A DNA stretch of 64,000 nucleotides. Origin: Candidatus Nomurabacteria bacterium. Lineage in GTDB: Bacteria > Patescibacteriota > Minisyncoccia > Phycocordibacterales > CALRBL01. Each line of letters opens with the position of its first letter. The stretch's first letter is position 1. Both the position numbers and the translations under genes were made by a program. The stretch spans positions 236,499 through 300,498 of the forward strand of contig CAWIDS010000001.1 in NCBI GenBank assembly GCA_963834935.1, written 5' to 3'. Shown piece after piece: positions 57,989 to 64,000 of this stretch. The notes beneath the pieces are model-generated. The model did no database searches. It saw only the letters and a list, made by a program, of their open reading frames with translations, and had not been told where the DNA came from.

Positions 57989-58376
57989 GGTTGTTACTGA
58001 GATTAATGCCTACTAATTGCTGGGCTCTTCGAACAAGCTCTTTTTGTTTTGGAGATAACTCCTCTATTAATTTTATAGAGCCGTCGATTTGGATACGGGT
58101 CTTGTAATCTTGATGATGATTTTTTAGCCAATATACAATTGCTGGCATATTTTGCTCTTTGACCGCTCCTATCAGCTGATGCTCCGCTAAGTCATTGACC
58201 AGAAGACGGCCTTCAACGATCGCGTCAATTATTTGCTTGGCAAAATCAGGATCTGCTTTTTTCCATCTAGAAAGCGTCATACGGGTGATACCGATTTTCT
58301 GGCAACTTGTTTCAATGACAGGCGTTTTCTTGAGCTGTTCTATGATCAATGCTTTTGTCTTTGTATCTTTTTTCAT
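57960..58376 (-). CDS. HTH protein, candidate terminase small subunit
   Basis: SCQKIGITRMTLSRWKK.D..F...AIVYWLK; directly upstream of the large subunit. Confidence 0.6.
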   Translation of the reverse strand: MKKDTKTKALIIEQLKKTPVIETSCQKIGITRMTLSRWKKADPDFAKQIIDAIVEGRLLVNDLAEHQLIGAVKEQNMPAIVYWLKNHHQDYKTRIQIDGSIKLIEELSPKQKELVRRAQQLVGINLSNNHEQSKPESK

Positions 58377-59146
58377 AGTTGTTTCGCCTTGAGGCCGGTA
58401 ATACGCTCCCACCGTTCGATCACAGTGAGACAATATTCAAGATCTATTTCAACTCCGAAGCACTTTCGCTTCGTCTGCTCACAGGCGAGCAACGCCGTGC
58501 CACTGCCAAGAAAGCCATCATAGACCGTATCGCCGATCTCGGTTGAGTTAAGTATGAGTCTGCGTATGAGACCTATCGGCTTTGTAGATGGGTGCCACCT
58601 GCTTTTCGTTGGGCGCGGGTGGAATAGGACTGACTTGTCCTTCGATCTCCTGAATTTGTGAGTTCCATGCCAACCATAAATAATCAACTCGTGCTGTGGG
58701 GCATAATCCAGCCTGCCGATGACTGCTTGCGACTTTACCCACACCAAAAGCTGTGCCACCTTGAAACCGGCGTCAATCATGCCTTCTCGAAGCGACCAAA
58801 CCATTTTATCCGCATTGAATATGTAAGCTGAATTCTTTCTTGCAAGAAATGGAATGATTGCTTCCATCCATTTACTCGTAAACTTTCGATAATCTGTATC
58901 AGATTGAATTTGATCGTTAGCAATGTCCTTGTCTTTGGACAAAGTCCTGAACCCTCGCTTTGACTCTGCCACCGCCACGCCGTAGGGAACATCACAGCAG
59001 ATGAGGTTGATCTTCAGGTCTTTGATAAGCCGTGCGAGCAAGTCCGTATCACGGCAATCACCGTAAGCCAGGCGGTGTTCGCCCAATTGCCATATAGTAC
59101 CGAGCTTAATTAAGCTTTTTTGCTTTGTTTCCGGTTGCTTGTTCAT
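58373..59146 (-). CDS. N6/N4 DNA methyltransferase
   Basis: LGEHRL..GD, DVPY, HPSTKP, DGFLGSGT. Confidence 0.88.
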   Translation of the reverse strand: MNKQPETKQKSLIKLGTIWQLGEHRLAYGDCRDTDLLARLIKDLKINLICCDVPYGVAVAESKRGFRTLSKDKDIANDQIQSDTDYRKFTSKWMEAIIPFLARKNSAYIFNADKMVWSLREGMIDAGFKVAQLLVWVKSQAVIGRLDYAPQHELIIYGWHGTHKFRRSKDKSVLFHPRPTKSRWHPSTKPIGLIRRLILNSTEIGDTVYDGFLGSGTALLACEQTKRKCFGVEIDLEYCLTVIERWERITGLKAKQL

Positions 59147-60395
59147 ATCGTTTTATGATTAAATCAATAAATATCGGTTCGCAGTCGGCCATAAAACAAA
59201 CGCGCTTCATAGCATCGGCCGCAAGTAACGTCGATCCGCTACCACCGAACAAATCTAGGATGGTATCGCCTGGTTTGGTGCATCTTTTTATCGCTCGTTC
59301 ATGCAAGGTCACAGGCTTCTGCGTCGGATGTTGATATTCGATTCCGGCGATGCGCTTTGCCAACCATATATCTATCGAGTCCATAATGTCATCCAGTAGC
59401 TTATTACCAGATGGCCCAAGTTCCTTATTCATGACCTCGGCGAAGTTGAGACCGATCGGCGCGATGTAAGGCTTCTTGCGCGTGGCATATACGCAGGGTT
59501 CGTAACTCTTCCCGAAAGCAATGCCAGGTGTAGGGTTTGCTGGCCCTTTCAACCATAAGCATACTCGTCGATTATCTAGGCCGAGTTCGGAAAAGAGTGA
59601 CTGCACTATTCCTATATATTTTTGATCGCAGTAATAGTATGCGTGGCAATTCTCCTTGGCGACCGACAAGGCATTTTCCATTGATCGTTTAAGGAAATCT
59701 CGATACTCAGTATCGGACTTAGAGTCATCAGTCTGTCCGCCATATGAAGCTTTACCGCCTATGCCTTTGTTGTATAAGCCTTTGATCCCAAGATTATAGA
59801 TTGGGTCACAATAGACCATGTCGATTCTTGCCTTACCGACCAATCTCTTGACGCTTGCCTGATCAAGAGAATCGATACAGGCTAGACGATGCGGTCCGAG
59901 AGCATAGATGTCCCCGAGTCTTGCCTTTGGCTTTTTGATCTTGGCTATTTCCTCATCTTGATCCCAATCATCTTCGACAACATCGAATGCATCGCCGAAA
60001 ATCTGGGACAAGTCGTCGTTTTCGAAGCCGGTGTTGAGCATGGTTTCTATGTCGAAGTTTTGTGTCAGTAAATCATAGTCCCAGTCGGCATGTAGCCTAT
60101 TGCTGGCCAATATATATGTCTTGCGTTCCGACTCAGTCAGCGCTCTCGATGGTATCCTCACCTCAATCTCATATTCTGGTCCATAAAGGGCAAGCAATAC
60201 CGCTATGCGCTGATGTCCGGCCAATATTTTTCCATCTATATCTACTGCGGGAATTTCGACTAGTCCGAATTTTTGTATCATCTTCAGAAGTTTACTCTTG
60301 AATGACTCCGAGGCGATTCGTGGATTATGTGTGTATGGCACGAGATCGCCAAGACGACGTTTGACCGTAGACCAAGTTAGTTTTTTTATTTTCAT
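59106..60395 (-). CDS. ParB-like N-domain fused N6/N4 DNA methyltransferase
   Basis: PYTHNPR...ILAGHQR, DPIY, HPTQKP, DLFGGSGST. Confidence 0.88.
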   Translation of the reverse strand: MKIKKLTWSTVKRRLGDLVPYTHNPRIASESFKSKLLKMIQKFGLVEIPAVDIDGKILAGHQRIAVLLALYGPEYEIEVRIPSRALTESERKTYILASNRLHADWDYDLLTQNFDIETMLNTGFENDDLSQIFGDAFDVVEDDWDQDEEIAKIKKPKARLGDIYALGPHRLACIDSLDQASVKRLVGKARIDMVYCDPIYNLGIKGLYNKGIGGKASYGGQTDDSKSDTEYRDFLKRSMENALSVAKENCHAYYYCDQKYIGIVQSLFSELGLDNRRVCLWLKGPANPTPGIAFGKSYEPCVYATRKKPYIAPIGLNFAEVMNKELGPSGNKLLDDIMDSIDIWLAKRIAGIEYQHPTQKPVTLHERAIKRCTKPGDTILDLFGGSGSTLLAADAMKRVCFMADCEPIFIDLIIKRYEQATGNKAKKLN

Positions 60396-60396
60396 T

Positions 60397-60780
60397 TTAT
60401 TTTTTGTTATTGTTGGTAATACCCATGCCTGCCAGACGCAGGAACATGTCGACTTCTTTTCCTTTGCCTTCTCCTGAAGCCTTTTCGTAGAGAGCATTCA
60501 CGACATCTAGCACTCTTTCCTTGATCCATTCTGCGAGAATCTTTTGCACGAGCGGCCAGAATTGCGGGTGCCGCTTCCATGCGGTCAAGGTATCCTCATC
60601 CACTCGGATTTTTGCCGCAAATTCCTTTTGTGTCTTGGAATCACGCGATTGTCTCGGCGTTGCGCACCACATAGCAAATTCAATGAATTCGCGAACCGAT
60701 TTTACGTTCGCTATGACTGTCGTGAAATCCGACTGAATCGGTTTAGCGATCGCTCCATCTAATTTTTGTAATTTATCCAT
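60397..60780 (-). CDS. Phage-type HTH protein
   Basis: TQKEFAAKIRVDEDTLTAWKRHPQF. Confidence 0.65.
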   Translation of the reverse strand: MDKLQKLDGAIAKPIQSDFTTVIANVKSVREFIEFAMWCATPRQSRDSKTQKEFAAKIRVDEDTLTAWKRHPQFWPLVQKILAEWIKERVLDVVNALYEKASGEGKGKEVDMFLRLAGMGITNNNKK

Positions 60781-60930
60781 GAATACTTTTTAGTGTTTTA
60801 GCTGATAAGGTTTACATATTTATCATGTCATTTTTGTCGATTTATAAGTACGGGAAATAATTTTACGAATAAGAAAAAAGCCCAGTATTTAACACTGGGA
60901 TTTTGGGGGAAAAATATGAGTTGGGGTTAA

Positions 60931-61602
60931 CTAGGCTTTTTTCTTCAAAATATAGGCATCATGCCCATCGCCATAAATGATATTTTGATTAATTGATTTT
61001 TTAACTTCACCCATTCTGAGTTTGCGTCGAATACGCTTGATTATGTTATCGATGTCTATATCATCTTGGTGTTTTTTACGTTTCTTGCTTTTAGATATAT
61101 ACCAACTGCTTATTATCTGAGCTTTTAGTGCTAGTCTTGTCACGGGTTTCTCCTTATTAATCATAAGTGCATAAAGAACACTCCATAATTCAGAATATGG
61201 GCGCATATTTTCTTTGACCTTCCCATACTGAAAAGACCCGTCTGTGATATAAAATATCAAGCCCTTGTATCTAAATATCTTCTGGCCGAGTATTGGATTG
61301 TTAATTTGCGGATTTTTCTTTTCGAGTTCGCGATATAGTAGGCGGAACTTGTTTTCATGAAGTCCAACACGAAAATGGTTCTCATAGTCTAAGTTTTCTT
61401 CAGTTGGAAACGTATGTATACTCAGCACACCGCGTTTTTTAAGCTCCTTGAGCGCTTCTCCTAAGTCCTCTTGCGCCAGGTAGCCCATTTCGCTGGTACT
61501 ACGGCAATCGATGGCTATGAGGCGTTTCGGCTCGTATTCTGGCAGTTGGCGCAATCTTTCTATGGCCTGCATCGCAATAAAAATTTTTGCTTCGTCAATC
61601 AT
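60931..61602 (-). CDS. Hypothetical protein with probable C-terminal winged helix
   Basis: VLYALM...VTR...IKRIRRKL...YIL. Confidence 0.55.
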   Translation of the reverse strand: MIDEAKIFIAMQAIERLRQLPEYEPKRLIAIDCRSTSEMGYLAQEDLGEALKELKKRGVLSIHTFPTEENLDYENHFRVGLHENKFRLLYRELEKKNPQINNPILGQKIFRYKGLIFYITDGSFQYGKVKENMRPYSELWSVLYALMINKEKPVTRLALKAQIISSWYISKSKKRKKHQDDIDIDNIIKRIRRKLRMGEVKKSINQNIIYGDGHDAYILKKKA

Positions 61603-61718
61603 GTACGCATTCTAATTCTCGCTATCAAACAAAGCAAGTGTCGCAGAAATAGAATATTACCTGGCATGGTAGAATGTGGAAAATAGTAATCAAAAAAAGT
61701 ATGGGCTATACAAACATA

Positions 61719-62261
61719 ATGGAAAAACTGAATACTTTCTTAATCAAGCAACCTCTTAAGGGTGAGGAGGATGTTGTTTATTTATTGGTTGAGATAAGGA
61801 AAGTTATCAAGCAAAACGGATTAAGTAAAAAATATCCTATACTGAAATTTTACTGTGATTGGTCTGTCCACTCGGAAAAAGACGCAATTACTCCGGAGAT
61901 TAAAATGATTATGGAGAATATATACCAAGAGATTATTTTACGTGTTATAAAAAAAGTTCATGTCATTAAACCGAATACACTGGGATTTATAGATATGAAA
62001 CATCTAAGACCAGAAATGGATAAATTCCTAAAGGAAAACGGTTTACCTGATTCTTTAACTGTTGACTCCAAAAATTGGACGAGTTTTCAAATATTTTTAG
62101 CAGGTGTACTTGTTGATCAGCCGATCAAAAATCCATGCAAGGGTATAAAAGAATATTCATACAAATTGACCGGTAAACCAAGAGTGACAAAGACTGAGGC
62201 TACTTTTGAAAAGAGACCAGCGGAATATGGTATTTTTCAGACCGAAGAGTCTTTTAACTAA
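61719..62261 (+). CDS. Hypothetical protein
   Basis: VYLLVEIRK...LKFYCDWSVH. Confidence 0.6.
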   Translation: MEKLNTFLIKQPLKGEEDVVYLLVEIRKVIKQNGLSKKYPILKFYCDWSVHSEKDAITPEIKMIMENIYQEIILRVIKKVHVIKPNTLGFIDMKHLRPEMDKFLKENGLPDSLTVDSKNWTSFQIFLAGVLVDQPIKNPCKGIKEYSYKLTGKPRVTKTEATFEKRPAEYGIFQTEESFN

Positions 62262-62536
62262 AGTTAATCATTCTGGCATTATTCTTAGCCATATGTTACT
62301 TTAAAAAACAGAATGTTACATATCAAAAAAAGCGTAACATTTGTAACATTCTTCAGATCTTATAGAAGAAATGGAACGATCTAAAAAGTGCCAGAAATCG
62401 TCCCATTCGTCCTATTTTGTTTTTCGAGCCCCAGACCGAGAGGGCTCAATCTGGTATACTGAAATCACCCCAAGAACCCTTATGGGGTCTGGTACCTATA
62501 ATTCCGAGACCGAGCAAGGGCACAAATAAGGAAAAA

Positions 62537-63208
62537 CTACCTTCTCAATCTTTCACGTGCTGATAATGCATCAAGCAGATCACCTCTTTTTAAGTCAAGA
62601 CGTCCTCGTACTTTCCCTACTTCTTGAGAAAGACTTGCATAGTCACCGGATCCTGTCTTTTGAAATGCTCCTTTGAGTTTGGAGAGGTCATCGATTACAT
62701 CTTCGATCCCGTGGATAACTGCTCTAAAATTATGAGGCTCTAAACTCATCATATCCCGACGATCTTCAGGCCTCTTTATCCTGCTTATAGATAGCGAAAA
62801 ATCTTGTAATTCTCTTAAAATTGCCCCTTCTTCAATAGTTTCTCTGGAAGCGACTTTGGCTAGTTGTTGAGAATTAAATCTCACTTTTGGAAATTTGTTT
62901 CGAGAGATGGTACTCGAAAGCTCCTCAATGTCTGTCGATAACTGTTTGAGCGAATAGGGGAGGTGCTCTATGTCTTCTTTTCGGTTATTGGTTTTTTCGT
63001 CTCTCCTTTCAGGCGTCATTCCAAGTTCTTGCCGTATTGCATCAATGCGATCGAGCCGATCTTTTTCCTTTAATGCTTTTTCAGACTCAACTTGCTCAGT
63101 TGGCTTTTCGAGAACAGCTTTATCTGGAATTGCTTCTTCTCTTAAAAGACTGTCAGCAGTTTCTATTTCTACACTTTTTTCTTCGGTTGCTTTAAAGCTC
63201 TCATTCAT
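62537..63208 (-). CDS. Hypothetical charged helical protein
   Basis: Open frame; KEKDRLDRIDAIRQEL motif. Confidence 0.6.
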   Translation of the reverse strand: MNESFKATEEKSVEIETADSLLREEAIPDKAVLEKPTEQVESEKALKEKDRLDRIDAIRQELGMTPERRDEKTNNRKEDIEHLPYSLKQLSTDIEELSSTISRNKFPKVRFNSQQLAKVASRETIEEGAILRELQDFSLSISRIKRPEDRRDMMSLEPHNFRAVIHGIEDVIDDLSKLKGAFQKTGSGDYASLSQEVGKVRGRLDLKRGDLLDALSARERLRR

Positions 63209-63261
63209 GCCTTTATCATACATAATAACCTCAGATTTTACTAAACCTTTTGAGCTGCGCA

Positions 63262-63286
63262 AAAAACCGCCTTTCGGCGGCTTTTT
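63262..63286 (-). terminator. rpsT terminator
   Basis: ccgcc-tttc-ggcgg flanked by A/T tracts. Confidence 0.65.
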
Positions 63287-63288
63287 CC

Positions 63289-63549
63289 TTATATTTTCTT
63301 GATCATCTTCGACAAGCGGGATTTCTTTCGGGAAGCGGTGTTCTTTTTGATGGTGCCGGTCTTTACAGCCTTGTCGAGAGCTTGATAAGCGAGTGAAAGG
63401 GCTTTCTTTGCTTCTTCCTTTGTTTTTGAAACGACAAGTTTCTTGACTGATTTGACGGTCTTGGCCACGGCTTCCTTTCGGCGAAGGTTCACTTCCTTCT
63501 TTCGCTTCGAGGATCGGAGAGCTTTTTTGGCTGATTTTGTGATAGGCAT
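63289..63549 (-). CDS. rpsT: 30S ribosomal protein S20
   Basis: MPITKSAKKALR...LDKA...IKKNTASRKKSRL. Confidence 0.95.
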   Translation of the reverse strand: MPITKSAKKALRSSKRKKEVNLRRKEAVAKTVKSVKKLVVSKTKEEAKKALSLAYQALDKAVKTGTIKKNTASRKKSRLSKMIKKI

Positions 63550-63602
63550 GAGAGAAAAAGTAACATACTGCGAGGAAAAAAGCAAAGTGCTATACTGTGT
63601 CA

Positions 63603-64000
63603 ATGATCGCACGGCTTAAAGGAATATTGCTCGACCTCGACCTTAAATCGGCTGTTATCGACGTGAATGGCGTCGGCTACAAGGTGGCAGTTGCTGGCGA
63701 AGCGGTCGAATACCTGGCAGGAAACATCGGAAAGGATGTCAGCCTTTTCACCTATCTGGCGGTGCGGGAAAACGCCCTTGACCTCTACGGCTTCAAGAGT
63801 CAGAAAACACTCCAGATGTTCGAGATGCTCATTACTGTCTCTGGTATCGGGCCGAAGTCGGCTCTCGGCATACTGAGTGTGGCAAGCGAGGAGACCATCC
63901 GCGAAGCGGTCTTCAACGAGGACACCTCGTATCTCACCAAGGTCTCCGGCATCGGCAAGAAAAATGCCGAAAAGATCGTCCTTGAGCTCAAGGGCAAGAT
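63603..64000 (+). CDS. ruvA: Holliday junction branch migration protein RuvA (runs off the right edge)
   Basis: MIARLKG...DVNGVGY...LYGF...VSGIGPKSAL...GIGKKNAEKIVLELKGK. Confidence 0.95.
   Translation, partial: MIARLKGILLDLDLKSAVIDVNGVGYKVAVAGEAVEYLAGNIGKDVSLFTYLAVRENALDLYGFKSQKTLQMFEMLITVSGIGPKSALGILSVASEETIREAVFNEDTSYLTKVSGIGKKNAEKIVLELKGK

Larger units (their letters stand above)
34977..62524. mobile_element. Defence-rich genomic island at tRNA-Arg(GCG)
   Basis: Contains a large serine recombinase; end motifs at 34977-35012 and 62503-62524 match the two ends of the 7059-8228 remnant. Confidence 0.65.

Noticed and set aside
34977-62524. Complete prophage
   Set aside because: No recognisable capsid, portal, tail or lysis genes.
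1-64000. Stop-codon reassignment (code 25)
   Set aside because: Genes are full length under code 11 and several end in TGA.

Overview
Bacterial chromosome segment that looks like Patescibacteria/CPR (Parcubacteria-like). This is inferred from the compact housekeeping genes rplS, rpsT, ruvA, ruvX and pilMNO, tRNAs mostly lacking encoded CCA, tRNA-Arg(GCG) and CPR-type hypothetical proteins. Three tRNA-anchored accessory regions share terminal DNA motifs. (i) A ~1.2 kb remnant next to tRNA-Arg(TCT). (ii) A ~12 kb island at tRNA-Ser carrying low-GC cargo, IS1595, a variable-arm tRNA with a UGU anticodon, and a diversity-generating retroelement (DGR). In the DGR the 122-bp VR/TR pair differs only at TR adenines, avd is antisense and frameshifted at a G8 tract, and the RT is cut off by an IS3. 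(iii) A ~27.5 kb island at tRNA-Arg(GCG) carrying CD-NTase+NucC CBASS, a large serine recombinase, a type I RM with a HEPN-like gene between hsdS and hsdR, AlbA_2, a structured RNA upstream of a NucS-like nuclease, IS1634 with a 142-bp target duplication, and a terminase/DNA-methyltransferase module without visible structural genes. Between islands (ii) and (iii) lie an anaerobic RNR/Fe-S/central-metabolism cluster and an orphan SAM-I riboswitch. All calls come from reading motifs by eye; no database searches were run.
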